A program made the translations under genes and the position numbers. A stretch of DNA of 64,000 nucleotides, taken from positions 5,270 to 69,269 of the forward strand of contig CAZGKF010000005.1 of NCBI GenBank assembly GCA_964526475.1, given 5' to 3'. Within the stretch, counting starts at the first letter, position 1; every line of letters starts with the position of its first letter. The DNA is from an uncultured Bacteroidaceae bacterium. Lineage in GTDB: Bacteria > Bacteroidota > Bacteroidia > Bacteroidales > GCA-2748055. The notes beneath the pieces are model-generated. The model was not told the DNA's origin and ran no database searches. It saw nothing but the letters and a program-made list of their open reading frames with translations. Below, one piece after another: positions 33,958 to 43,352 of this stretch.

Positions 33958-36384
33958 ATGAACAATTTTTTATTCTCATTTATACTCGCTGGCAGTTTCC
34001 TGTTCTCTCAGTGTACCCAACAGCCTTCCTCCGAAATGCCGGAACGTAACAGGCAACAAATTAACTTTAACTGGAAATTCTTTCCCGCTGATTCTGTTAA
34101 CGTAGAGCTATCCGATATTCAGGAAACTGATTGGCAGGATGTTAACCTCCCCCACGACTGGGCTATCGGAGAACCCGTGTCAGCAACAAATCCTTCCGGA
34201 GCACGGATGGGATATTTCCCCGGTGGTATTGGATGGTACAGGAAAATTCTACATCTCGGGGAAGAATACCGCGGTAAGAAAGTATTTATTGAATTCGATG
34301 GTATTTATATGAATTCCGATGTGTGGATAAACGGGCATCACCTTGGACACTTTTCCTCAGGATATGTCAGCCATTATTACGATCTGACTCCATACCTTAC
34401 CTTCGATACAGAAAATATCCTTGCCGTAAGGGTTGACAACAGCCACCAGCCTTCCGACAGGTGGTATGCAGGATGCGGTATCTACAGGCATGTATGGCTC
34501 ACCACAGCTGAAAAGGTTTATATTCCTGTTTGGGGAACATATATAACAACCCAACAAAAAGAAAATAATGCATCCATGGTGACACACCAGGTAAGCTTAA
34601 AAAATGAATCCGGAGAGAATTTCTCCGGAAACCTGATAACAAATATTTTGTATAAAGGAGAAACTGTAAAATCCATAAAAACTGATATTTCAGATCTTGA
34701 ACCCGGGTTAACTGAGGTGTTGACACAAGAAATTGAAATTAAAGACCCTAAACTCTGGTCGATTGAATCTCCGGAATTATATACCGCACATACCTCCATA
34801 ATTTCTTCAGATCAGAAGGCAATGGATAATTATTCAACGATTTTCGGCATAAGAGATATTCACATAGATACTACCGGATTATACCTTAACGGGGAAAGAA
34901 TAATACTTAAAGGAGTAAATATTCATCATGATGCAGGCTGTCTTGGGGCTGCCGTGCCCGACATGGCTGTGGAAAGAAGGCTCAGGATACTGAAAGAGAT
35001 GGGATGCAATACCATTCGTCTGAGTCACTATCCTCATGCTCCTGAACTCCTCGATATGTGCGACAGAATGGGTATTCTCACCATGAGTGAATTCGCAGAC
35101 CAGTGGGAAATGAAATTTTCAAATTATGGTGGAAAGGAAGATCCCTTTGTGGATACCTGGGAGCAAAATCTGAAAAATTTCATCAAAAGGGATAGAAACC
35201 ATCCTTCCGTTTTTATGTGGAGCCTGGGGAATGAAACAATGGAACAGCGGTACAATCCAAAAAGAGGTGTGGAGCTTCTTACAATGATGAGGGATTTTGT
35301 TCATGCTTATGAACCTTCCCGAAAAGTAACCTGTGCTATGGTACGTTCAGGAGGAGGTAACCGTCCATGGGAAGATCCTTCCAGTATGATACATTATACC
35401 GATATAACAAGTTATAATTACCGTACACACCGTTTTAAGGAATGGAAAGAGATGTTCCCGGAAATGATGTTTATTTCAACTGAAACACAAATGTATAACA
35501 ATGAATGGCCTCCTTCGCCTGATACTCTTGATTTTAGTAAGAATTCCTGGTTTGAACTTCAGGGTAAGGACTATATCCTCGGGCAATATATCTGGGCAGG
35601 CATTGATTATCTCGGGGAATCCAAAGGATGGCCCGACAGGGCATGTCCTGTAGGACTGTTGAACACCTGCGGATTCAGGAAACCTACGTCCTATTTCACC
35701 GAAAGTATATACTCAGATAAACCTATGGTATATTTAGCAGTACATGATGACCAGCTGGCTGACTCCTTATCTCAACTTAAACACTCTCATATACAGTGGT
35801 ATGAACCAGCCATTAAGTCACATTGGAATTACAGTCACGCTAAAGAAGCACAGCGCAAAGTATATGCTTTTACCAATTGTGAAAGTGTGAAATTATTGCT
35901 GAACGGGAAAGCAATTGAAGAAAAGAATCGTGCAGATTTTCCGGATCAGGTAATACGTTGGGAAGTTGATTTTGAACCAGGGGAAATTGTTGCCGTGGGA
36001 TTAAATAACGGAAACGAAGTATGCAGACATGCCTTACAAACTGCCGCAAAGCCGGAAAAAATTGTGCTGCTGCCCGATCATGAAACCCTGAAAGCCAACG
36101 GCCAGGATGTGTGTCATGTGGAAGTCAGACTCACTGATATGAACGGGATAGTCATCCCTGATGCAAAAAATCTTATTCGTTTCAGTATTGAAGGAGCAGG
36201 AAAAATAATTGGAGTAGATAACGGTGATGTAGCCGATCACTTTAACTTTAAAGGAAATGAAGTCCAATTGAGGAATGGCAAGTGCCTTGTCGTCGTGCAA
36301 TCTGATCTGGTAAAAGGATATGTTAAACTCACAGCCTCAGCTGACGGAATGGAGCCTGCATCTGTTGTTATTCAAACAGAATAA
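33958..36384 (+). CDS. Glycoside hydrolase family 2 (beta-galactosidase-like)
   Basis: INFNWKFF, DWQDVNLPHDW, GIGWYRK, FDGIYMNSDVWINGHHLG, NTIRLSHYPHAPELLDMCDRMGILTMSE, NHPSVFMWSLGNE, plus C-terminal Ig-like domains. Confidence 0.9.
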   Translation: MNNFLFSFILAGSFLFSQCTQQPSSEMPERNRQQINFNWKFFPADSVNVELSDIQETDWQDVNLPHDWAIGEPVSATNPSGARMGYFPGGIGWYRKILHLGEEYRGKKVFIEFDGIYMNSDVWINGHHLGHFSSGYVSHYYDLTPYLTFDTENILAVRVDNSHQPSDRWYAGCGIYRHVWLTTAEKVYIPVWGTYITTQQKENNASMVTHQVSLKNESGENFSGNLITNILYKGETVKSIKTDISDLEPGLTEVLTQEIEIKDPKLWSIESPELYTAHTSIISSDQKAMDNYSTIFGIRDIHIDTTGLYLNGERIILKGVNIHHDAGCLGAAVPDMAVERRLRILKEMGCNTIRLSHYPHAPELLDMCDRMGILTMSEFADQWEMKFSNYGGKEDPFVDTWEQNLKNFIKRDRNHPSVFMWSLGNETMEQRYNPKRGVELLTMMRDFVHAYEPSRKVTCAMVRSGGGNRPWEDPSSMIHYTDITSYNYRTHRFKEWKEMFPEMMFISTETQMYNNEWPPSPDTLDFSKNSWFELQGKDYILGQYIWAGIDYLGESKGWPDRACPVGLLNTCGFRKPTSYFTESIYSDKPMVYLAVHDDQLADSLSQLKHSHIQWYEPAIKSHWNYSHAKEAQRKVYAFTNCESVKLLLNGKAIEEKNRADFPDQVIRWEVDFEPGEIVAVGLNNGNEVCRHALQTAAKPEKIVLLPDHETLKANGQDVCHVEVRLTDMNGIVIPDAKNLIRFSIEGAGKIIGVDNGDVADHFNFKGNEVQLRNGKCLVVVQSDLVKGYVKLTASADGMEPASVVIQTE

Positions 36385-36614
36385 TTAGAGATTGCCTTCG
36401 GCAAGCTCGCTGAAGCCCGGTTCCTCACTGGCGTTACTAATGACAGCCACTAAATGATGGCTTACTACTATCTGGTTCTAACAATATTTCGTTCCGATGG
36501 GACTTTGAACAGGCTGTTACATCCAATAACAGCCAGGCTGCTATTGGAGAGGAGACCCCTCACTGACGTTCGGGGTGACACAGAATTTCTGGTAATTCCC
36601 GCATGTGTATTTAT

Positions 36615-37958
36615 TTAAACTCTGGGGGGAGCCCATCCCGGTGCGTAATCACGTTTCCAAAGCTTCATGGCTGCTTTATCCAGAATATGTCCATTCTTAG
36701 GGTTAACTTTAAGAGGTTTATTCACCCTGTGAGAAATATTAGCAAGATGGCAGAGGAGAACACTCTTTGCTTCTTCTTCAATTGGAGCATTTAAAGAAAC
36801 TTTGCCTCTTATGGCATTAAAAAAATTAATTATATGAAGGTCTGTCATCCCTCCACCGCCGCCAAGAGCTGTTCCCGATTCATCCAGTGTTGATTCAGCA
36901 CTTTTTATGAATTTACCGGCCCTATCAAACAGCTTATAACCATCCCGGTCAATATAAACAGTTCCCTCTGTTCCATATACAATAGTTCCGCGGCCTGTTC
37001 CGTAAGTTTTATAACCATTGCGACTGTTTCCATCCCATTTAATGATTTTATTTCCGGGGAACATAAAAGTAGCGTCCATATGATCATACATTGTCCATCC
37101 GTCATTAAGGAAATAACGTTTTTCAGCATCCACGAAGACGTGCTCAGGATATTCAACCTGCATAGCCCATCTTGCAACATCAAGTTCATGGGTTGCATTA
37201 TTTCCGGTCTCAGCTGTTCCCCAGTTCCACCCATACCAGTGCCAGTTATAATCCCAGGTATCGTGCATATATTCCCTGCGTGGCGCCGGTCCCTGAAAAA
37301 GTTCCCAGTCTAAACCAACTGGTGGAGCTGCTTTTTGAGGTATTGGCACTTCGCCCCGTGCAGCAGTATAAAATGTAAGCGCTTTATAGGGTTTGCCAAT
37401 GACTCCATTATGGATCTGTTTAATTATGTCAATAGTTTCAGGTGACGAGCGTTGCTGTACCCCAACCTGCATCACTTTATTATATTTCTTTTGAAGAACA
37501 ATCAATAATTCATCTTCATATGGATTATGGCTGGAAGGTTTTTCAAGGTAAACATGTTTCCCTGCCTCCATAGCCATCCATGCTCCGGTGGCATGCCAGT
37601 GATCGGGAGTAGCATTAAAAATAGCATCTACCTTTTTATCATCCAGCACTTTACGGATATCATTTTCCAATACCGGTTTATTATTTATCTTCCCCTCCAG
37701 TGCCTTTGCAACTCTTTCCCGCTGGCTCTGCATTACATCACATATATACAATAAATCAACATTATTTTCTTTTTTTATCACAGTTCCATAATAACCCGGC
37801 ACCCTTCTTCCACATCCAATAAAAGCAATATTTAACCGGTCGTTCGCCCCAATTATTCTTGCATAGCTCTTCGACGAGAAAGTCATTCCAACGCCACCTA
37901 TGGCAATAGCCGCAGCCCCTGTGGCTGTTTTTTTAATAAATTCTCTTCTTTTTGTCAT
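36615..37958 (-). CDS. Gfo/Idh/MocA-family oxidoreductase with twin-arginine signal
   Basis: MTKRREFIKKTATGAAAIAIGG, then LNIAFIGCGRR and FNATPDHWHATGAWMAMEAGKHVYLEKP. It is the last gene of a four-gene minus-strand cluster. Confidence 0.9.
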   Translation of the reverse strand: MTKRREFIKKTATGAAAIAIGGVGMTFSSKSYARIIGANDRLNIAFIGCGRRVPGYYGTVIKKENNVDLLYICDVMQSQRERVAKALEGKINNKPVLENDIRKVLDDKKVDAIFNATPDHWHATGAWMAMEAGKHVYLEKPSSHNPYEDELLIVLQKKYNKVMQVGVQQRSSPETIDIIKQIHNGVIGKPYKALTFYTAARGEVPIPQKAAPPVGLDWELFQGPAPRREYMHDTWDYNWHWYGWNWGTAETGNNATHELDVARWAMQVEYPEHVFVDAEKRYFLNDGWTMYDHMDATFMFPGNKIIKWDGNSRNGYKTYGTGRGTIVYGTEGTVYIDRDGYKLFDRAGKFIKSAESTLDESGTALGGGGGMTDLHIINFFNAIRGKVSLNAPIEEEAKSVLLCHLANISHRVNKPLKVNPKNGHILDKAAMKLWKRDYAPGWAPPRV

Positions 37959-37970
37959 TTTAATATATTT

Positions 37971-38810
37971 TTACATGGTTGATAATACTCCTCTAATATA
38001 CCCTATTGATTCAGCCATTCCTGGCAAGGGGTCGTCAGCATCTTTTTCATATTCCAGTGCCAGAGTCCCTGAATAATTCATCCTGATTACAGTTCCAATA
38101 AAAGAAGGGATATCAATAACACCCCTCCCTATCTCACAGGTCTTTCCTTGTGCATCGTTTAATGTTACATCTTTTATATGGATATCAAAGATCCTGTTAA
38201 AAAACTCAACTACATCCTTTTCGGGATTACCATTCATTCTGACTGTATGACCTATATCCAGACATAAGCCCATCCGTGGATCCATATTTTTTATAAGTGA
38301 ATAAGCACTCACAGCAGTGGGATATCTTTTATCTCCGGGTCCATGATTATGAATAGCAAGTTTAATATTATATTCCTGAACCTTCTTTTCAACATAAGCT
38401 AATAGCTCATGTTCAGGGACCCCGATTATCATCTTAAATTTTGCTTTTTTTGCATATTCAAAAGCCCTGTCTACCTCAGCCCTGGAAGTCATATATATTA
38501 CTCCTCCCCCATAAAGATTTATCCCTGCAGCTTCGCACTTCGAAAGAGTAGCAGAGATAAGCTCATCGGAAGCATCAAGTGGTAAATGAAAATCCTTGAA
38601 GGATATCTCCGAAATACCAAGTCTGCTGGTTATTTGCAAAGTGTCGTCGAGAGTAAATTTCCGTAAGGAATATGATGCAATACCTAAATCAAATGGAAAT
38701 TTTGAACTATCTGATGAGCTGCTACCAATATAAGCTGAAATTCCTTTAAAAGAGCCTGCAAGAATTCCTGCTCCGGATAAAACTAAAAAATCTCTTCTTG
38801 ATGATTTCAT
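37971..38810 (-). CDS. Xylose-isomerase-like TIM-barrel protein (sugar phosphate isomerase/epimerase family) with twin-arginine signal
   Basis: MKSSRRDFLVLSGAGILAG (the track starts 9 codons earlier, at 38837). Family motifs include LGISEISFKDFHL, IKLAIHNHGP, GLCLDIGH and GTLALEYE. Confidence 0.85.
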   Translation of the reverse strand: MKSSRRDFLVLSGAGILAGSFKGISAYIGSSSSDSSKFPFDLGIASYSLRKFTLDDTLQITSRLGISEISFKDFHLPLDASDELISATLSKCEAAGINLYGGGVIYMTSRAEVDRAFEYAKKAKFKMIIGVPEHELLAYVEKKVQEYNIKLAIHNHGPGDKRYPTAVSAYSLIKNMDPRMGLCLDIGHTVRMNGNPEKDVVEFFNRIFDIHIKDVTLNDAQGKTCEIGRGVIDIPSFIGTVIRMNYSGTLALEYEKDADDPLPGMAESIGYIRGVLSTM

Positions 38811-38919
38811 TATTTTATAGTTTAATTTTAATAACAAAAAGGGGAACTATTGTATAATAATGTAACATCCTTAATAACCCAAATATACTGTTTCATGTGC
38901 GAAAAACCAAATCAGCAAA

Positions 38920-39987
38920 TTAGATCATATCCTCGTATTTCCTTACCGCTTCAATAATTGCCATAAGATTTTCCCAGGGAACTTCGGGTTCAACTAAATG
39001 TGTTGGACCTAAAACAATACCTCCCCTTTTACCACATCTCTGCAGTCTGGAAAGACAAGTTTCAAAAACTTCTTCTGGAGTTCCATAAGGAAGCAGCTTT
39101 TGTGTTCCAACTGTTCCCCAGAAAGAAAGCCTGTCTCCGAATTTATCATGAACCTCATCAAAGCTCATACATTCGGGCTGAACAGGATTCAGGATATCAA
39201 CTCCGACTTCTATAAGTTGATCAATGAATGGGGTTACGTATCCACAGGAATGGTAAAAAACAAGTATATCCGGGTTAACAGACCTGGCTGTATTAATTAC
39301 TTCATGTATCCTTGGTTTAAGCCATTTTTCCCAAAGCTCTATATCAAGCATTATGGAGTTCTGTGTTCCAATATCATCTCCCAGCGAGATAATGTCCACC
39401 CCGGCCTCAGCATATGTTTGAGCTTTGGTGCAGGCATACCGGGTGATCTTATCCAGCAGGGCCTTAGCCCTTTCATCCTCCATCATCATATCCATCATCA
39501 ACTCCTCCATGGAACGAAGATACCAGGAAGCCTCCCAGACTGTCATCTGCATAAATGCAAAGGCTGCCAGCCCTTGCTCATGAAGATCAGTAACTTTCCG
39601 GGTGATCCTTTTCTTTTCTTCCTCTTCAACTGAAGGATAAGGAAAGTCAAGAATCTCATTCATCTCCGCCCCTTTCAAGGGATGATGCATCCTGGTCATG
39701 TGAAATGCTGCAGGAGAACCCTTGGAATGTCCAATGCCATACTCATCAAATTTTGTATCAGAAGGAAGAGTTTCTCTTCTGAAAAGCTGAAAGCCGTCAG
39801 AATAATTAATTTTTGGTTTTAACTCAAAGGAGCGGTGGCTAAGACCGAAATAGCTTTCATAATCAGTATGCCCAAACCTTTCTTTAAAATCATTAATTTG
39901 TGATTCACATAATACATAATCTACAGGAATCTTTTCAAATCCTTTTCTACGTAATGTTCTTATAATATTCTCTCTGGGAGTTAGCAT
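38920..39987 (-). CDS. Uroporphyrinogen-decarboxylase (URO-D) family protein, no signal peptide
   Basis: MLTPRENIIRTLRRKGFEKIPVD..., GVDIISLGDDIGTQNSIMLDIELWEKWLKP and FYHSCGYVTPFIDQLIEVGVDILNPVQPE match the URO-D/MtaA-like TIM-barrel pattern. Confidence 0.7.
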   Translation of the reverse strand: MLTPRENIIRTLRRKGFEKIPVDYVLCESQINDFKERFGHTDYESYFGLSHRSFELKPKINYSDGFQLFRRETLPSDTKFDEYGIGHSKGSPAAFHMTRMHHPLKGAEMNEILDFPYPSVEEEEKKRITRKVTDLHEQGLAAFAFMQMTVWEASWYLRSMEELMMDMMMEDERAKALLDKITRYACTKAQTYAEAGVDIISLGDDIGTQNSIMLDIELWEKWLKPRIHEVINTARSVNPDILVFYHSCGYVTPFIDQLIEVGVDILNPVQPECMSFDEVHDKFGDRLSFWGTVGTQKLLPYGTPEEVFETCLSRLQRCGKRGGIVLGPTHLVEPEVPWENLMAIIEAVRKYEDMI

Positions 39988-40017
39988 AATTGTACAAGGT
40001 AAAAATTTGATATTAAA

Positions 40018-40935
40018 CTACCATCCGAAAACTTCTTTGACATACTCAGCACTTAATCTCCAGTTTTCATTCATAGTATTTTGAGGAACATAGTCTCTGG
40101 GATAAGCCAGTTCGATAGCTGCATGACCCTGAAAGTTTTTTTCCTTTAACGCATTTGCAATAGCCGGAAAATCAGTTACTCCCTGCCCAACATATTCGGT
40201 CCATGTTCCATCTTCAAACTGATCCCTGATGTGTAAAAATACTATCTGACTGCCAAATTCATTTATGAATGATACAGGGTCCACACCTCCACGGATGAGC
40301 CAGTTTAAATCAGGTCCAAGATTAGCATCAGGAATACGTGCGAGGGTACCTCTCAGATCATGCATATCGTTTGCAACTTCATACGTATGATTATGCAGGT
40401 TTGGAACTACATTATGATCTTCACATATTTTAAATATCTTTTTCAATAATTCTGCCTGGCTATCCAACTCCGCTTCAGTCTTCATCCGGTTTGCATTACC
40501 AACTGAAATACCGAATGTTTTTCCTTTCAATTCACTTAAGCGGGAAATTACCATTTGAGCCTCCCCGAGAATTTGCTGATGATTTTCAGAATTCCACATA
40601 TTACCTCCGAAAGACGTGCCTGTAATGGGTAAATTATACTTTTCAGCCACGCTTCCTATATTCTCCACCGCATCTTCATTCATTAAATTCACTGCCATTA
40701 ATTCAATACCATCAACACCCGAAGCCTGCAAGTCACTGAAAGCAGTATCAAAAACAGGCGTTGCATCATGCCTGGGAGGAAATGCACTGGCATATACCCA
40801 TAAATGAGCAGATAATATGACTTTTGCCTTGTCTTTTTTTCCCGGAGCAGCGCAGCCAAAAAAACTATTAGAGACAAGAGCTCCTCCCAGTAAAATACCT
40901 GATTCTTTTAGAAATTTTCTTCTGGAAGAAACCAT
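40018..40935 (-). CDS. Xylose-isomerase-like TIM-barrel protein (sugar phosphate isomerase/epimerase family) with twin-arginine signal
   Basis: MVSSRRKFLKESGILLGGALV is a consensus S-R-R-x-F-L-K. Family motifs include GVDGIELM, VVPNLHNHTYE, FLHIRDQ and GHAAIELAYP. It is the first gene of the minus-strand cluster. Confidence 0.85.
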   Translation of the reverse strand: MVSSRRKFLKESGILLGGALVSNSFFGCAAPGKKDKAKVILSAHLWVYASAFPPRHDATPVFDTAFSDLQASGVDGIELMAVNLMNEDAVENIGSVAEKYNLPITGTSFGGNMWNSENHQQILGEAQMVISRLSELKGKTFGISVGNANRMKTEAELDSQAELLKKIFKICEDHNVVPNLHNHTYEVANDMHDLRGTLARIPDANLGPDLNWLIRGGVDPVSFINEFGSQIVFLHIRDQFEDGTWTEYVGQGVTDFPAIANALKEKNFQGHAAIELAYPRDYVPQNTMNENWRLSAEYVKEVFGW

Positions 40936-41259
40936 TTGATTTTTTTTTTGGTAAATACATGATAATACAAATTAAATTAAACCAGAAAGGAAAAATAATA
41001 TAAGTACAAACAATTCACTCATAGCGAATATATATAAATAGGCTGAAACAAATATAAACCATAGTATTTTAAAATCCTATATCTCCAAAATTTTTCTACC
41101 TGCGTTAAGAAAAGTTACAACAGTTCCAAAAACTATCCCCTGAAAACCGGGATACATAAACGAGTCTGCTGTAATCTGACTATGCCGGCTAACTCAAATA
41201 ATTAAATCTAATTTAAAAATCAAATCAGGTCTGATTAAATTTGATTATTTTTATATTTA

Positions 41260-41478
41260 ATTTTAACCATCATCCTTTTCGTTAATTTCCGAAAAAGAAA
41301 AACCTATTCTGTAGGAAAAGATCTGCCATTTTGGGTAGCCCTTTCATTACTTAGTGGTTCACGCCGTTCTTCTGGCGGGAGTTTCGGTAGTTTTTCAAAT
41401 GGAAGTGGCAGCTTTGGTGGTTTCTCAGGTGGCATGGGAGGTAGATTGGGGGGTGGCGGAGCAGAAGGCAGGTGGTAA
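41260..41478 (+). pseudogene. Orphan C-terminal tail resembling TPM-domain (YgcG-like) proteins: TM helix + Gly/Ser-rich end
   Basis: A frame-1 ORF with no start codon before the TM segment reads ...DLPFWVALSLLSGSRRSSGGSFGSFSNGSGSFGGFSGGMGGRLGGGGAEGRW*. The listed ORF 41354..41548 is a different frame over the same DNA. Confidence 0.35.
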
Positions 41479-41490
41479 AACTCATTTGGA

Positions 41491-42573
41491 ATGTATAAAT
41501 TTGTTTTTCTTATCCTTATATTTAATTCTCATGCGGTTAACGCAATAGTTGAGGATACCAGCCGGATAAAACTCCTGTTTGCCGGCGATGTTATGGGTCA
41601 TGATGCCCAGATTGAAAGTGCCTTTGATCCATTAAAGGATATTTATAATTATGATACTTGTTTTTATTTTGCGAAAAAACATATTCAAAAAGCTGATATA
41701 GCAGTCGCTAACCTGGAAGTTACTCTTGCTGGTACACCTTATAAAGGATACCCTCTGTTCTCCTCACCTGATGAGCTTGCGGATGCTCTGAAAAAAGCTG
41801 GTTTCAATCTCCTTCTTACCGCGAACAATCATTCAATGGACAGATCTTCAGCAGGTCTGGAAAGAACCATCAGAGTACTTAACGAGAAAGGCATAATAAG
41901 AACCGGGACATTTATTAACCAGAATCAAAGAAATAAGGAGTATCCTCTGATAATTGAAAAAAACAATATACGGCTCGCTATCCTGAATTATACTTATGGA
42001 ACCAACGGCATACCTGTTATTTATCCCAATATTGTCAACCTGATCGATACAGCCCAAATAGCCAGAGACCTGGAAAAGGCAGCAAGTGCAGATCCTGATT
42101 TTATTTTTGTCACAATACACTGGGGAACTGAATATGAACGTCAGGAAAATTCCGTGCAGGAGAAGCTTGCAAGGTTTATGTTCCAACATGGTGCAAATGC
42201 CATCATCGGGTCTCATCCACATGTTGTTCAGCCAATCAGGGTAATTAACAATCCGGATGAGAGCAAATCAGAAGATGTTAACCTGGTTGCATACAGTCTG
42301 GGAAATTTTATTTCAAACCAAAGGAAAATTCATACTGACGGGGGAATTTTACTGGAAATAGATCTTGAAAAAACTGATATAACACGTATCAAAGCCTGGT
42401 CTACTATTCATGTCTGGGTTTACCGACCTCATTACCAGAACAGATATAATTTCATCCTCCTGCCAGGAGATGACCCGGAATATCTTAAGGAATTATTTGA
42501 AATGACAGAATCTGACCGCAATGCGTTCAAGCTGTTTATTAATTCGGTAAAAGTGGAAAATTGTGTATATTAG
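41491..42573 (+). CDS. CapA/PGA_cap-family metallophosphatase-fold protein (poly-gamma-glutamate capsule synthesis protein-like)
   Basis: Signal peptide. Motifs LLFAGDVMGH, ADIAVANLEVTLAG, NLLLTANNHSMDRS, VTIHWGTEYE and AIIGSHPHVVQP. Confidence 0.8.
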   Translation: MYKFVFLILIFNSHAVNAIVEDTSRIKLLFAGDVMGHDAQIESAFDPLKDIYNYDTCFYFAKKHIQKADIAVANLEVTLAGTPYKGYPLFSSPDELADALKKAGFNLLLTANNHSMDRSSAGLERTIRVLNEKGIIRTGTFINQNQRNKEYPLIIEKNNIRLAILNYTYGTNGIPVIYPNIVNLIDTAQIARDLEKAASADPDFIFVTIHWGTEYERQENSVQEKLARFMFQHGANAIIGSHPHVVQPIRVINNPDESKSEDVNLVAYSLGNFISNQRKIHTDGGILLEIDLEKTDITRIKAWSTIHVWVYRPHYQNRYNFILLPGDDPEYLKELFEMTESDRNAFKLFINSVKVENCVY

Positions 42574-42586
42574 GCAACGCGTTTTT

Positions 42587-43348
42587 TCAGTTGTTAATCT
42601 CCTCATCGACAAGAATCCTGCCGCAATATTCACAAACAATGATCTTCTTCCTTGATTTTATATCGAGTTGGCGCTGTGGCGGTATCTGATTAAAACATCC
42701 CCCACAGGCATCTCTCTGGATAGTCACAACTGCAAGTCCATTGCGGGCATTATTACGAATTCTTTTATATGCCTGAAGAAGCCTTGACTCAATAATTTTT
42801 TGCACCTCTTCTGATTTCTTTTCAAGGATTTCAACTTCTTTTTGTGTTTCGCCTACAATCTCCTCGAGTTCTTTCTTTTTGTTTACCAGGTCACTTTTCC
42901 TCTCTTCCAGAAGAGTTGTAGCCTGATCTACCTGCTCCTTTTTCGCCTTGATCTGCTCGGAGAATTCCTTTATCTTCTTTTTGGAAAGTTCTATCTCAAG
43001 TGTCTGAAATTCAATCTCCTTAGAAAGGGAATCGAACTCTCTGTTATTGCGGACATTATTCTGCTGTTCACGATATTTGGTAATAAGAGTTTCAGAATTA
43101 AGGATTTCCTGATTCTTTGCTGAAACCCCTTGCTCCAGACTTCCTATTTCCTGCCCGTAATTATTTATACGTGTCTGCAGACCTTCCATCTCATCTTCCA
43201 GGTCCTGAACTTCAAGTGGAAGTTCTCCCCTTAGTGTTTTAATCTTATCAATTGATGAATCCACATTCTGCAAATCATTAAGAGCACGAAGCTTGTCTTC
43301 AACTGATATTTCAGCAGTTTCTTCAATAATTGTTTTCTCCTCAGCCAT
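42587..43348 (-). CDS. Coiled-coil C4-type zinc-ribbon protein (COG1579/DUF164-like)
   Basis: A long coiled coil, then CGGCFNQIPPQRQLDIKSRKKIIVCEYCGRILV. It lies directly downstream of a Nif3-like gene, which is the usual pairing. Confidence 0.8.
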   Translation of the reverse strand: MAEEKTIIEETAEISVEDKLRALNDLQNVDSSIDKIKTLRGELPLEVQDLEDEMEGLQTRINNYGQEIGSLEQGVSAKNQEILNSETLITKYREQQNNVRNNREFDSLSKEIEFQTLEIELSKKKIKEFSEQIKAKKEQVDQATTLLEERKSDLVNKKKELEEIVGETQKEVEILEKKSEEVQKIIESRLLQAYKRIRNNARNGLAVVTIQRDACGGCFNQIPPQRQLDIKSRKKIIVCEYCGRILVDEEINN

Positions 43349-43352
43349 AGAA

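Noticed and set aside
39100-39633. 177-aa plus-strand ORF opposite the URO-D-family gene
   Set aside because: It is antisense to a well-supported 355-aa gene, with no recognisable motifs and no independent start context.
41354-41548. Listed 64-aa ORF (MVHAVLLAGVSVVFQMEVAALVV...)
   Set aside because: It is an alternative frame over the Gly/Ser-rich remnant and overlaps the CapA-like start. The frame giving the GGSFGGFSGG...W tail is the biologically recognisable one.
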